A DNA stretch of 64,000 bases, from contig CAWBYW010000007.1 in the NCBI GenBank assembly GCA_963792965.1, positions 1 to 64,000 of the forward strand. Reading direction: 5' to 3'. The notes under the pieces are model-generated. The model searched no databases and had not been told where the DNA came from. It saw only the letters and a list, made by a program, of their open reading frames with translations. The stretch is from an uncultured delta proteobacterium. GTDB lineage: Bacteria > Desulfobacterota > Zymogenia > Zymogenales > Zymogenaceae. The stretch's first letter is position 1. Each line of letters starts with the position of its first letter. Both the position numbers and the translations under genes were made by a program. Positions 32,215 through 44,079 of this stretch are shown piece after piece.

Positions 32215-33987
32215 TCACCTCTTTAAGTTTTTTGTATAGTCCATCTTTTTTCTTAACAGCTCGGCGTCCAGCTCCCCGGACGGTTCCTCCTTCAACCGCA
32301 GGTTGATTTCCCTGGATTTTCGCCCGAGCTCTTTTTTTTCGAGGCACCATATGCAGTTTCTGGCGATCTCAAGCGCCTCGGATTCGTCCTGGATCTCGTC
32401 TACGTCAATGAACGAAAGCCCGATGAGCTCTTGTCGTATACCCGTATCGCCGACGGTATCTAAAAGTGATGAGAGGGAAAGGGACTGTCCGCCCCGTGTC
32501 GATTCATAGATCTTCTGTATCAGTCCCCTGATCACGTCTTCCTCGAAGAGACCCAGGTGCCGCTCGTTGAAACCCGCCTGGAGGAGGACCCCGGGGAAAT
32601 TGGCCGCGATCTTGAAAAGGCGAGACTCCATTGCCGGGGGACGAAAGTCCTTCGGGACAATCTCTTCAGTTGCACGTCCTTTTGTTTGCGTGACTCCTTT
32701 CTTTAAAAGGGAATTGACTTTCTCGACGACTGAGTGATCTCTGATTCCCAATCGCTCAGATACTTTCGCGACGTATTGGTCACGGTCTTCATCGGATCGC
32801 TTAACAGAAATAATTCTAGCGGACTCCTCAAGAGCGAGCGAGATATCCTTTGATTTTGTCAGGTCATATCGTTCAAAAATACGTTTCAAACAAAAATTAT
32901 AAATCTCCTCGGCACCATCAATCGCGTCATAAAAAGCCGCCGTTCCATTGTTTCTTATGAAGTCATCCGGATCCTCTCCAGTTGATAGAACCGCTGCTCT
33001 TGCGAAAATATCTCCGCCGGCGAAGAGGGGTAGTGTCCTCTCGGCCGCCTTGATCCCCGCTTCATCCGGATCAAAGAGGAGCACCACCTCCCGCGTATAG
33101 CGACCCAGGAGCTTCAGGTGATCCTTTGTGAGGGCCGTGCCGAGGGTCGCGGCAACGTTCCTTATCCCCGCCTGAAAGAGGGCGATCAGGTCAAAATATC
33201 CCTCTACGATGATGGCGTGCCCCGACTTCCTGATCTCCTCTCGCGTGATGGAGAGCCCATAGAGGACCTCGCCTTTGTGGTAAATGGGGGTCTCCGGTGA
33301 ATTAAGGTATTTCGGCTCTCCCGCGCCGATGATCCTGCCGCCGAAACCGACGCATCGCTCCCGGTGATCCCGGATCGGGAAGATGATCCGATTACGGAAG
33401 CGATCATACGCACCCCGATCACTCTCACCCACGAGACCCGCCAGGGCCAAGATCTTGGTGCTATGCCCCATATGACGGAAGTGTGAGATCAGGGCATCTG
33501 TTCGGGCGGGGGCATAGCCTATCTGAAAGAGGAGGAGCGTCTCTTTGTCAAGCCCCCGTTTCTTGAGATAGTCGATCGCTCCCTTCGCCTTGGGAGTCTT
33601 AAGGTTCTCCGAAAAATAGTTACGGGCATCCTCGTTGATCGTATAGAGCTTGGTAATTCGGTCGTCCCTCTTTTCGCCGGCTTCGGCGCTTGTCACGACT
33701 CGGATCCCGCATCCATCCCCGAGCTCCTTGACGGCGTCAGTGAACGACATCCCTTCTATTTCCATCAGGAAGGTGATGGCGTTTCCCCCCTTCCCGCAAC
33801 CGAAGCATTTATAGATTCCCTTTTCGGGGTTAACGGAAAAAGAGGGGGTCTTCTCCGCATGAAAGGGACACAACCCCACGAAATTGCGTCCCGCCTTCCT
33901 CAGTGGGACGTACTTGCCGACGAGACTCAGGATATCCGTTCGATCCCTGATCTCATCGATAGTCCTTTCAGGTATCCTTCCCGGCAT
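32215..33987 (-). CDS. dnaG: DNA primase
   Basis: [51 protein letters not shown]; ATG at 33987. Confidence 0.97.
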   Translation of the reverse strand: MPGRIPERTIDEIRDRTDILSLVGKYVPLRKAGRNFVGLCPFHAEKTPSFSVNPEKGIYKCFGCGKGGNAITFLMEIEGMSFTDAVKELGDGCGIRVVTSAEAGEKRDDRITKLYTINEDARNYFSENLKTPKAKGAIDYLKKRGLDKETLLLFQIGYAPARTDALISHFRHMGHSTKILALAGLVGESDRGAYDRFRNRIIFPIRDHRERCVGFGGRIIGAGEPKYLNSPETPIYHKGEVLYGLSITREEIRKSGHAIIVEGYFDLIALFQAGIRNVAATLGTALTKDHLKLLGRYTREVVLLFDPDEAGIKAAERTLPLFAGGDIFARAAVLSTGEDPDDFIRNNGTAAFYDAIDGAEEIYNFCLKRIFERYDLTKSKDISLALEESARIISVKRSDEDRDQYVAKVSERLGIRDHSVVEKVNSLLKKGVTQTKGRATEEIVPKDFRPPAMESRLFKIAANFPGVLLQAGFNERHLGLFEEDVIRGLIQKIYESTRGGQSLSLSSLLDTVGDTGIRQELIGLSFIDVDEIQDESEALEIARNCIWCLEKKELGRKSREINLRLKEEPSGELDAELLRKKMDYTKNLKR

Positions 33988-34174
33988 ACCCCACCCCCAC
34001 CTTCCTTTCGGCCTTCGGATCTTGTGAATCAGAAAATCCGAATGGCGGCCTTTTATGCTCCTCAAGGAAGGCCTCCGAATTCCCCGCCTTCCGATCAGAG
34101 ACCCGCATCTATCCGCCCGGAGGCTCTCACGCACGGCGTCTCGCCGTGCGCTGACGCCGCCCTGATCTCACTCG

Positions 34175-36522
34175 TCAGGACAGCTCCACGGTGGTCACCC
34201 CGTCGTTGACCCCGCCGTACTTCATCCCCTTCACGTGCGAATGGTCCTTGAGGTAATTCCTAATACCTTTCTTGAGCCTGCCGGTTCCCTTGCCGTGGAT
34301 GATCTCAAGCTCGGCCAGGCCGACGAGGATCGCGTTATCTATCGCCTTGTCGACGACGGGGATCGCGTCCTCGACGGTGAATCCAATGATGTTAATCTCA
34401 GTCTTAGGCTCACTATATTGCTCGTGGTAGGCGCCCCCCCTTTCTCCGGCACGGGCAGCATCTCCTTCTTGAGCTCCCTGATATCTACCGAGACTTTCCT
34501 ACCCCCGAACGCAACGTCAGCCCGGTCGGCGTCCCGCGAAAGCAGCCTGCCGACTACCTTGGAGCCTTTCAGCGATACCGCGTCCCCGACCGAAAGCTCC
34601 TGAGGGGACGAGCTATCACGAACGGGCTCGGGCACCTCATTGATGAGCGCGCGCTTGGTGTCGTGGAACTCCCCATGGATTTCTCCCTTTTTGATCTGCG
34701 CACTTTCCATCCGAGAGAATATCTCCCTGAAACGCTCCTCGTATCGCTTGACGGTCTGGCTCACCTCTCGCCTGAAGGAATCGATGATCTCGTTTCGCTT
34801 CTCGTTGATGACCTCCACGAGCCGCCCCAGCTCATCGGTCAGCGCGGCCTGCCGCCCCTTGATCTCGGTCAGTGAGGCGCGCTGTGATTCAACCGCCCGG
34901 CGCTCATGCTCGAGCTTCGTGATGAGGCCCGTCAGCTTCTTTGACTCCTCGGAGAGGTTCTCCTTTGCCTTTGCGATGACTTCGGCGGGGAGCGAAAGGG
35001 CTTGAGCCACCGCAACGGCGTTGCTGCCCCCCGGGGTGCCGTAGTGGAGCGTGTAGAGCGGGGTTTGGCTCCTCTCGTCAAAGACGACCGAAACATTTAT
35101 TGCATCACCGCGGTTCAGCGCGTATGTCTTCAGTATATTTAGATGTGTGGTTACGAGAATCGTTGCTCCACGGTGGAGCAGGTAATCGAGGGACGCCATG
35201 GCCAGAGCGCTCCCCTGGTCGGGGTCCGTCGCAGACATGATCTCGTCGATGAGGACAAGCGAATCTTTGCCGGCGTCCGAAAGGATATACTTGAGCCGGT
35301 GAACCTTTGCGGAGAAGCTCGATAGCTTTCCTTCGATATCCTGCTCATCGCCGATATCGGCAAAGACGTCGGAAAAGACGACCGCGCGGCTCCCCTCGGC
35401 GACCGGTATCGGGATACCGGTCATAAACATGAGGGAGAGGAGCCCGAGGGTCTTGAGGGCGGCGGTCTTGCCGCCCGTATTGGCCCCCGAAAGGATAACG
35501 AGTCGCTTGTCTCCGCCGATCATCACGTCAATGGGGACGGCCTGATTTGAGAATTCATGAACCCCGCTGCGCGTTCCGCTGTGAAGGAGAAGTGGATGAC
35601 GGGCCGAGATAAACGATACCTTCCCGGAATCGTCGATTTCGGGGGCCACTCCGCCGGAGGCTTCGCCGAAAAGCGCGCGGGCGGCGAGCATATCGATCCC
35701 GATGACGATGCGGTGATTTTCGCCGATCGCCTGACGGACCTGCCTGATTTCGGCAGAAATTCTCTTTAAGACCCTGATCTCCTCGTCCTTTTCCTCTTTG
35801 GTGAGGGAGGAGAGCTCGTTGTTTCTTTCCATGACGGCCAACGGCTCGATAAAGAGGGTCTGGCTCGACTGAGACCGGTCGTGGACAATGCCCTGGATCC
35901 TCCCCTTATACTCGGACTTGACCGGCAGCACATACCGCCCGTTCCTTTGGGTGACGATGGGCTCCTGCAGGGCCTCCTTAGCGGTGGAGGAACTCATGAC
36001 GGCAAGGAGCGCCTTGTTGAGCTCGTCCCGCGCATTCCTGATCTTGCCCCTGAGCTCCCTGAGCCGCTCGCTTGCCCCGTCAAGGATCTCTCCCTGGGGT
36101 CCGATGGCCGATTCGACCTGCGACTCGATTCGCTTCATGACCGTAATCGGGTCTACAAGCGAGGCCGCCAGCGGATACCGCTCGGAAAGTCGGGACAGGA
36201 ATGACTTGATCTTTCTCTGCCCCGAGAGGTTGGAGCCCACGTCGAGTATCTCGTGGGAGGAAAGGTACGCTCCCTCCACCGCGAGCTGGCCAATAAGGGG
36301 CGAGACGTCGCTGATACCGCCGAACGGGAGTTTTCCCTCAACGGACCCGATCTCGCGGATCTCTTTCACGGTCATCTGGGTCCTGGAAACAACGCCGCCG
36401 TCGGTGAGGGGAAAAAGGCTCAGACAGCCCTCAGCTCCCGGGAAGGTGGAGGCGAAGTCCGCGAGAATCTTCAGGATTTTCGGGTATTCCAGAACCTCGA
36501 GTGTGCGGTTGTCCATCTGCAC
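34175..36522 (-). CDS. mutS2: MutS2 endonuclease; frameshift near 34395 at the start of the Smr domain
   Basis: TLEVLEY, GIVHD-S, GANTGGKT, DIGDEQ, DE---TDP, TTH; Smr IIHGKGTG and GVTTVEL in another frame. Confidence 0.92.
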
Positions 36523-36625
36523 TTTCTGTGAATGAAAGGCGCACTGCGGGTCCTCTTCCCGTTTCGGTTCGAGGCTCCGTCGCCCTCCTTCATCAAGAAG
36601 TTCTGCTCTCGAAGACGAAGTGTGT

Positions 36626-37078
36626 CTATAATGAGGAAAGTTTCTCTTTCACCAGCTCGCTGACGGTCTTTCCGTCCGCTCTTCCGGTGACATCGGCCAT
36701 CAGGAGTTTCATGACCTTTCCCATGTCCTTGGGACCGGCGGCGCCGGACTCGGACACGGCCTTATCGACGAGCGCCGAAAGCTCTTCTCCGGTCAGCTGC
36801 TGGGGGAGGTAGGCCTTCAGAATCGCCATCTCCGACTCCTCCTTCTTGGCCATGTCTTCCCGTCCGCCTTTTCTGAACCCCTCAATGGCTTCCGCGCGGG
36901 TCTTTATCTGAGAGTTCACCGCCTGTAAGAGCTCCTGCTCGGTGAGCTCTCCGATCTTTTCTACCTCGCGGTTCTTTATGGTGGCTTTGAGCATCCGGAT
37001 AACGCTGACGCGGATGGTATCTTTCTTCTTCTGGGCTTCTTTGAGGTCGTTGTCGAGTTGTTCTTTGAGAGAAGGCAT
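36626..37078 (-). CDS. GatB/YqeY domain protein
   Basis: SLKEQL, YLPQQL, DMGKVMK, GRADGK. Confidence 0.92.
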   Translation of the reverse strand: MPSLKEQLDNDLKEAQKKKDTIRVSVIRMLKATIKNREVEKIGELTEQELLQAVNSQIKTRAEAIEGFRKGGREDMAKKEESEMAILKAYLPQQLTGEELSALVDKAVSESGAAGPKDMGKVMKLLMADVTGRADGKTVSELVKEKLSSL

Positions 37079-37109
37079 CGTTTCCTCGGTCCATTACTCA
37101 AATTTACTC

Positions 37110-37137
37110 ATTATAACAAATACTCTAATCTTGTCAA
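37110..37137 (-). promoter_or_regulatory. Consensus sigma70 promoter for the yqeY-mutS2-dnaG-rpoD run
   Basis: On -: TTGACA-N16-TATAAT with extended TG, about 30 nt above the yqeY start. Confidence 0.75.
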
Positions 37138-37444
37138 TACTTTTCATCGTTTTGGCTTACTTTTCCCCCTCTTTTCTCCCTCCTATCACCTCATTTTGGT
37201 TTATTCAGGTCAAATCCGGCCTCCTTTCTACCAAAATTGACGATAATAAGGCATGAAGCCACCCACTCGATATGGGCGTCTGCCCCGCCGCGCCGAGATC
37301 GACGGCCGTCCACTCTTCCGGACCGAGTAGAGTCCCCTGCTAAGATCGCACGGGACTGGTGCGTAAGACCATCGGATGCTCAATCCTTTGACTTGTCGTC
37401 CGGGATATGATAATAATGAGTCCTCTCGGAATATGGAGGCTCAT

Positions 37445-38749
37445 GTGCAATTCTGGAAAAAGGATACGGAAACGATCGGGCGCGGAAAGCTCGAAAAAGA
37501 AACCACAAAAGGGCTCAGGCTGACGATCGCGCGCGCCCTGCGCACACCCTACTACGCCAAGCTCCTGACGGATCTCGGGCTGTCGGAAAAATCGATACGG
37601 AATCCCGGCGATATCGAAAGATTCCCCTTTACCGATAAGACCGCGCTGCGCCGGAACAACCTGTACGATTTCCTGGCGGTTCCCCTTAGGGAAGTGATCC
37701 GCATGCACTCGTCGTCCGGGACAACGGGCAGGCCCGTGGTCGTCTTCCATACGAGGTATGACATCGACCAATGGGCCGACCTCGTGGCGCGCTGCCTCTA
37801 TATGACCGGTTTTCGGGACACCGATATCTTTCAGAACATGATGGGATACGGGCTCTTCACCGGCGGGCTCGGGTTTCATTACGGCGCCGAGCGAGTCGGG
37901 GCGCTCGTGATCCCCGCGGGCTCGGGGAACTCGAAGAGACAGATCATGCTCATGAGGGAGTACGGCACCACCGCGCTCCATATCATCCCGAGCTACGCGC
38001 TCCACCTGGCCTCGGTGTTCGAGGAAGAGGGTGTGGATCCGAGGCGTGATACTCATCTGAGGTATGCTTACGTCGGGGCCGAGCCGCATTCGGAGGAATC
38101 GCGTAAAAGAATCGAGGAATTCTATGGGGTTGACGCCTTCAACTCATACGGGCTTTCGGAAATGTGCGGCCCCGGTGTCGCCTTCGAATGTCCCGAAAAA
38201 GCGGGAATGCACATATGGGAAGACCGGTACTTCGTCGAGGTGATAGATCCGAAGACCGAAAAACCCGTTGGGCCGGGGGTAGAAGGGGAGCTTGTGTTGA
38301 CGACGCTCGACCGCGAGGCGATGCCGATGATACGCTACCGGACGCGGGACCTCGTGAAGCTGTTTGCCGATCCGTGCCCGTGCGGGAGGACCCATCGACG
38401 CATCGGCCGCATCACGGGCAGGACCGACGATATGCTCATCATCAAGGGAGTAAACATCTTTCCCGTTCAGGTCGAGCGGGTCCTCATGGGGTGCGAGGGG
38501 GTAGGATCAAACTTTCTCATCGAGCTTGAGACGGCCGATCATATCGACCAGATGACCGTGCGCGTCGAGGGTGATCAGGCCCTTTTTTCCGGCGACGGCA
38601 AGAAGGTCCCGGGCCTTGAAAAACGGATCGTGGCGGAGCTGAAGTCCGAGATCCTGATCACGCCGCGCGTTCGCGTCGTACCTCCGGGAAGCCTTCCGGC
38701 CGGCGAGGGAAAGGCCGTCCGGGTCGTCGATAAGAGGGACAAGGGATAG
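37445..38749 (+). CDS. paaK: Phenylacetate-CoA ligase family
   Basis: GTG after GGAGG; HSSSGTTG, YGLFTGGLGFHYGAE, SYGLSEMCGPGV, RYRTRD, GRTDDMLIIKGVN. Confidence 0.9.
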   Translation: MQFWKKDTETIGRGKLEKETTKGLRLTIARALRTPYYAKLLTDLGLSEKSIRNPGDIERFPFTDKTALRRNNLYDFLAVPLREVIRMHSSSGTTGRPVVVFHTRYDIDQWADLVARCLYMTGFRDTDIFQNMMGYGLFTGGLGFHYGAERVGALVIPAGSGNSKRQIMLMREYGTTALHIIPSYALHLASVFEEEGVDPRRDTHLRYAYVGAEPHSEESRKRIEEFYGVDAFNSYGLSEMCGPGVAFECPEKAGMHIWEDRYFVEVIDPKTEKPVGPGVEGELVLTTLDREAMPMIRYRTRDLVKLFADPCPCGRTHRRIGRITGRTDDMLIIKGVNIFPVQVERVLMGCEGVGSNFLIELETADHIDQMTVRVEGDQALFSGDGKKVPGLEKRIVAELKSEILITPRVRVVPPGSLPAGEGKAVRVVDKRDKG

Positions 38750-38914
38750 GAGAGATCGCTGATGGTCGGGTGCCGGTCCCTTGGCCTGGGGCCGCCTGAG
38801 ACGGTCATGCCATTTCCAGCGGTTTCCGCGGGCCGTCTGCCGGCCGCTTCACACGGGCAGAGCGGATCTGCCCGGAGCTTGCCCTCATCTAACCAATTAC
38901 GCACAGGTGTACCT

Positions 38915-39877
38915 ATGGGCCATATTACCGATGTGGCGGGGATCTCCGTGGGACATGTGACCGATGCGGTCCATCATACCGGGGTGACCGCGGTCCTCTT
39001 TTCTCACGCGATGCCGTGCGGCGTAGATGTGAGGGGCGGGGGGCCGGGAACGCGGGAGACCGATGCGCTGGGCCCCCTCGGCCTTGTGGAGACCGCCGAT
39101 GCCGTCGTGCTTGCCGGGGGCAGTGCGTTCGGGCTGGACGCCGCCTCGGGGGCGATGAGATGGCTGAAGGAGCGGGGGAGAGGCGTGCAGACCGGGTTCG
39201 GCAACGTCCCCATCGTTAGCGCGGCGGTAATCTTTGACCTGCCGGTCGGAGGCGGAAAGGTTACCCCCACCGAGGAATGGGGATACCGGGCCTGCGAGGC
39301 GGCGTCCGAAAACGATTCTTCCCGCGGAAACGTCGGCGCGGGGACGGGGGCCACCGTAGGGAAGCTCTACGGCATGGAGTGGGCGACCAAATCGGGCCTG
39401 GGCTCCGCCTCGGTGACCGGAGCGGGCGGGCTGATCGTGGGGGCGATCGCCGTCGTCAACGCGCTCGGGAGCATCATCGACCCGGAAAGCGGCTCCGTCA
39501 TCGCGGGGACATTGGCACGCGACAAAAAGTCATTTGCCGATCCGCGCGCGCTTATCCGTGAGGTATCGTATCCTTTTGTGCCTCCCGGCTCCTCGACCAT
39601 CATAGCCGTGGTCGCCGTCTCGGCGCGGTTCAGCAAGCTCGATATGAGCCGGATCGCCCGGATGGCCCACGACGGAATAGCACGCGCAAGCCTCCCGTCT
39701 CACACAATGCTCGACGGCGATACGATCTTTGCGGTGTCCGCGGGGGCCAGAGAATATGTCGATGTGTCGATCTGTGGATCATTGGCGGCTCTGTCCATCG
39801 AATATGCCATTGCCGACGCGGTCAGGAGCGCAGATAGCGCGGCGGGACTGCCCGCCGCCCGTGACATCGCCGAATGA
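38915..39877 (+). CDS. P1/S58 family peptidase (DmpA-like)
   Basis: ITDVAGISVGH, GGGPGTRETD, GGSAFGLDAA, GNVGAGTGA, HTMLDGDTIFA. Confidence 0.9.
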   Translation: MGHITDVAGISVGHVTDAVHHTGVTAVLFSHAMPCGVDVRGGGPGTRETDALGPLGLVETADAVVLAGGSAFGLDAASGAMRWLKERGRGVQTGFGNVPIVSAAVIFDLPVGGGKVTPTEEWGYRACEAASENDSSRGNVGAGTGATVGKLYGMEWATKSGLGSASVTGAGGLIVGAIAVVNALGSIIDPESGSVIAGTLARDKKSFADPRALIREVSYPFVPPGSSTIIAVVAVSARFSKLDMSRIARMAHDGIARASLPSHTMLDGDTIFAVSAGAREYVDVSICGSLAALSIEYAIADAVRSADSAAGLPAARDIAE

Positions 39878-39906
39878 TGCGGACGCGCGGCGCAGAAACG
39901 TTTTTC

Positions 39907-39935
39907 TTGACAAACAGGGGGGATCTTTATACAGT
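39907..39935 (+). promoter_or_regulatory. Sigma70 promoter
   Basis: TTGACA-N17-TACAGT upstream of the DUF1015 gene. Confidence 0.6.
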
Positions 39936-39962
39936 TATTCATTTACCATATGGAGGCGTGCG

Positions 39963-41250
39963 TTGGCAGTCGTAAAACCTTTCCGCGCGGTTCGCTATAA
40001 CGAGCGTCTCCTCAAATACGCCGAGAATTTGATGGCCCCCCCCTATGACGTCATCTCTCCTGAACAGCAGGAATTGTATTACGACCAGAGCCCTTTTAAT
40101 ATCATCAGGCTTATCCTCGGCAAAGAGTTCCCGGGCGATAGTGAAGGCTACAATCGCTACACCCGCGCCCGCGATTTCCTCGATAATTGGCAGCGTGACA
40201 AGATACTCGTCACGGACGACGAGCTGTCGCTCTACGGATACTCCCAGATATATCGCGAGCCGACCGGTAGGACGGTCAGGCGGGATGGGTTCGTGGCGCT
40301 CCTCTTCATCGAGGAGTGGGAGAAGGGGAGCGTCTTCCCGCACGAGCGGACCTACTCGGGGCCGAAAGCCGACCGGCTCAGACTCGTCAGGGCCACGAGG
40401 CACCAGATGAGCTTCATTTTCTCTCTCTACTCCGACCCGCCTGGAGAGACGGCCCCGCTGATTAAAGGGATCAACGAATCCCCGGAGGTTACCCGGTATC
40501 TGGACGAAGAAGGGGTCGAGCATATCTTCACGCGCTGTACCGATCGTGAGATTCACGCTGCATTGAGCGCCACGATGAAAGACAAGAAGGTCTTCATCGC
40601 CGACGGCCATCACCGGTACGAGACGTTCCTTGCCTTCCGAGATGAGCTCGATCGTCAGGGTGTTAAGGCAGACGGGCATCGCTGGGCGATCATGTACTTC
40701 GCTCCCCTGGAAGGAGACGCTATCACAATCCTCCCCTGTCACCGGATCATATCGACGGCCAAGCCCATCAACGAGCCGGCCGTCGTAAAAGAGCTCGGGC
40801 GCTTTTTTACCGTCGAGACGTATGATGCGTCCGACCGGAACGCCGCCCTTTTCATCGAAGCGCTCGAGCACAAGGGGAAAGGGAGCTTCGGCTTCTATAC
40901 GGGACGAGACCATTATTATCTTTTGACGCTCTCCGATCTCACACCGGACGGATCACTTCTTTCCCGCCGATATGAGAGATGAGATCAAGAATCTCGACGT
41001 ATCCACCCTTCACCATGTTATCATCGCCGGGATTCTCGGGCTTACGGAACCCTCCATCGACTACTCCCATGACGCCCGCCATGCCCTCGGGCAGGGCCGC
41101 CGGGGTAAATCGGCCGTCTTCCTGGTCAATCCGACCGGGGTCCAAGAGGTCAAGGAAGCGTCCCTTCTCGGGGGGCGTATGCCGCAAAAGAGCACCTACT
41201 TCTACCCCAAGCTCGCCTCGGGCCTTGCGCTCTATCGGATGGTTACCTGA
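39963..41250 (+). CDS. DUF1015 family protein; frameshift near 40950
   Basis: KPFRA, PPYDVIS, PHERT, IADGHHRYET; MPQKSTYFYPKL in the second frame. Confidence 0.88.
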
Positions 41251-41262
41251 CGGAACGTCGCC

Positions 41263-42000
41263 ATGTCCGCATCGTGTGCGCCGGATCAGCATATCGAGTA
41301 TCCCCTCACGATCCATCAACCCCCGAAGGGTTATCGGTATAGCCTTGACCCTTTCCTCTTGGCCTCTTTTACCACCCTCAAGAAACGCGAGAGGATCCTC
41401 GACCTTGGCTCAGGCGTGGGGATCATCGGACTGCTGTTGGCTACGCGCTATCCCGACTGCACGATCCAGGGGATCGAGATACAGCGGCGACTCTTTGACT
41501 TTGCCGTCCGAAATGCTGAGGAGAATCGTCTCGACGAAAGGGTAGTCAACACCCTCGGCGACTTTCGGAGGATAACCGACTACTTTGGGCGTGCTTCCTT
41601 TACCTCGGTGATCTCTAATCCCCCATACCGTCCCCTCGGGACGGGACGGAAAAATCTCGACGAAGAGAGCGCCTGCGCCCGCCATGAGCTCACGGGGGGG
41701 CTCGCTGACGTCGCCAAAGCCGCGGCCGCCGTCATCGAGCCGGGAGGGAAGCTCTTTCTCATCTACGGCGCGCAGAGGGCCGCAGACCTCTTCGGCGCTC
41801 TCAGATCGTCTGGTTTCGAGCCGAAACGTCTGAGATTCGTTCATGCGCGCCGGGAGAGCCCCGCTCAGATGGTAATGATCGAGGCCCGACTCGGCTCGGG
41901 GGTAGAGATGGTGGTGATGCCCCCGCTCTTCGTATGGAAAGCCCCGGGCATCTATACCGATGAGGTCCGCCTGGCGTTAGGCGGGGGGACGGGTAAATAG
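41263..42000 (+). CDS. tRNA1(Val) m6A37 methyltransferase (TrmN6/YfiC-like)
   Basis: GYRYSLD, LDLGSGVG, SNPPY, ARHE. Confidence 0.85.
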   Translation: MSASCAPDQHIEYPLTIHQPPKGYRYSLDPFLLASFTTLKKRERILDLGSGVGIIGLLLATRYPDCTIQGIEIQRRLFDFAVRNAEENRLDERVVNTLGDFRRITDYFGRASFTSVISNPPYRPLGTGRKNLDEESACARHELTGGLADVAKAAAAVIEPGGKLFLIYGAQRAADLFGALRSSGFEPKRLRFVHARRESPAQMVMIEARLGSGVEMVVMPPLFVWKAPGIYTDEVRLALGGGTGK

Positions 42001-42119
42001 CTATTGACACCGGGGCTGTAAAATGCTTAAATTACAGAAAACGAAACTCAATGGATGTAGTGGCGTAGGGCGAGGGACAAGGGATGGACGGACCTCTCTC
42101 GTAAGACGGCAAGGCGTGT

Positions 42120-43496
42120 ATGGCCCAGGAACTCAAACAAGAACTGAGACTGACCCAAAAACTGGTGCTCACGCCCCAGCTGCAGCAGGCTATTAAACTG
42201 CTGCAGTTGACGCGCCTGGAGTTGGTGGAACATATCAATCAGGAGTTGACGGAAAACCCGGTGCTGGAGGAGGTAATCGAAGGGCCCGATACGGAGTCCG
42301 AAGATTCTCTGATCGACCAGATGATCCGGGAGGATTCGTTCAGCGGCTATGACGAGGGCGAGTCGTCATCGGGGTTTACCGATGCCGACGAAAAGCAGCG
42401 TTTCATAGAGAATGTCTGTCTTGAGAAGACATCGCTCATGGATCATATCATCTGGCAGCTCAGGATGAGCGATCTGCACGCCAGGGACGAGAAAATTGGG
42501 ACGGAAATCGCCGGCAACCTGAATGAGGATGGGTACCTGACGGCCTCGGTTGAAGAGATCGTCGAGAAGCTTGGCGCAGATGTGTCGTCGGTGGAGCGCG
42601 TGCTCACCAAGATACAGAGCTTCGATCCCGTGGGGGTCGCGGCACGGAGCCTGGCGGAGTGTCTCCTGATACAGGCCCGGCACTTTGGGGTTGACTCGCC
42701 AACGGTGTACACGATCATCGAGCACCATCTGTCGCAGCTCGAAAAGAGAAACTACGGCGCCATCGCCAAGAAGCTCGGTGTCTCAACAAGCGAGGTCCTC
42801 CAGGCGGTCGAGGTCATCACGGGGCTCGATCCGAGGCCGGGACGGGCGTACACCACCGATGAGCCACAATACATTTTCCCGGATATTTTCGTGTATAAGG
42901 TCGGCGATGAGTATGTCATCTCGCTCAACGACAACGGACTCCCGAGGCTCAAGATCAGCTCGTTTTACCGGAGCATGTTGACGGGGGCGCGGGAGATCAC
43001 CCCGGCCACCAAGGACTTCATAAAAGATCGAATCAAATCGGCGACGTGGCTCATCAAGAGCATCCACCAACGACAGCGCACCATCTACCGGGTGAGCAAG
43101 AGCATCGTTGAGCGTCAAAGAGAGTTCCTTGAAAAGGGCGTCAGTCAGCTGAGACCGATGATCCTCAAAGATGTCGCCAGAGAAGTGGGCGTCCATGAGT
43201 CCACCGTGAGCCGGGTTACCAACGGAAAATATATGCACACGCCGCGGGGAGTTTTCGAGCTCAAGTATTTCTTCACGGGCAAGGTCTCTTCCTCCCGGAG
43301 CGAAGAACAGTCGGTGGAAAGCGTCAAGGAGAGGATCAGGGAGATCATCGCCCATGAAGACGTACGAAAGCCGATCAGTGATCAAAAGATAGCGCAGGTG
43401 CTGAACCGAGAGGGAATCTTCGTGGCCAGGAGGACCGTGGCAAAGTATCGAGAGATATTGGGTATCTTCTCCTCGAGCTCTCGAAAAAGGATCTAA
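42120..43496 (+). CDS. rpoN: RNA polymerase sigma-54 factor
   Basis: TPQLQQAIKLLQL, HESTVSRVT, RpoN box ARRTVAKYRE. Confidence 0.97.
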   Translation: MAQELKQELRLTQKLVLTPQLQQAIKLLQLTRLELVEHINQELTENPVLEEVIEGPDTESEDSLIDQMIREDSFSGYDEGESSSGFTDADEKQRFIENVCLEKTSLMDHIIWQLRMSDLHARDEKIGTEIAGNLNEDGYLTASVEEIVEKLGADVSSVERVLTKIQSFDPVGVAARSLAECLLIQARHFGVDSPTVYTIIEHHLSQLEKRNYGAIAKKLGVSTSEVLQAVEVITGLDPRPGRAYTTDEPQYIFPDIFVYKVGDEYVISLNDNGLPRLKISSFYRSMLTGAREITPATKDFIKDRIKSATWLIKSIHQRQRTIYRVSKSIVERQREFLEKGVSQLRPMILKDVAREVGVHESTVSRVTNGKYMHTPRGVFELKYFFTGKVSSSRSEEQSVESVKERIREIIAHEDVRKPISDQKIAQVLNREGIFVARRTVAKYREILGIFSSSSRKRI

Positions 43497-43512
43497 AGTA
43501 AAGGAGGTCTTC

Positions 43513-44076
43513 ATGCAGGTATCCGTCACGTTTCGCCACATGGATAATTCGGATGCGCTGAGGAAATATGCTGAAGATAAGATCGGGCGGCTCAAAAAGT
43601 ATGTCTACAGCCCCGTCGACGCATCAGTCGTCTTGTCGGTAGAGAAGCACCGGCAGATTGCCGAGGTCGTGATCAACGCCGAGAGGATGACCATCAAGGG
43701 GAGGGAGGCGACCGACAACATGTATTCTGCTATCGATATCGTCATGGAGAAAATCGAAAAGCAGATCAAGAAACACAAAGAGCGTCTGGTAAGCCATAAG
43801 ACCGAAAACGTCAGGGTTGGTGTCGAAACGGTCATGAAGGAAATCGAGAGCGAACAGGGGCAGGAGGAGTACGACGAAGAAGAGGAAGAGGCAAGCATTA
43901 TCACCAGGACCATTAATTCCAAGCCGATGACCGTCGAGGAAGCGGCCATGCAGCTTGATATGTCCAACTCGGAATTTCTTGTCTTTATTAACGCCGATAC
44001 CAAGGAGATGAACGTCATCTATCGTCGCAAAGATAATCACTACGGTCACATCATTCCGAAAACAACCAACGTTTGA
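43513..44076 (+). CDS. hpf: Ribosome hibernation factor (long HPF)
   Basis: VTFRH, MYSAID, KPMTVEEAAMQL, VIYRR. Confidence 0.94.
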   Translation: MQVSVTFRHMDNSDALRKYAEDKIGRLKKYVYSPVDASVVLSVEKHRQIAEVVINAERMTIKGREATDNMYSAIDIVMEKIEKQIKKHKERLVSHKTENVRVGVETVMKEIESEQGQEEYDEEEEEASIITRTINSKPMTVEEAAMQLDMSNSEFLVFINADTKEMNVIYRRKDNHYGHIIPKTTNV

Positions 44077-44079
44077 GCC

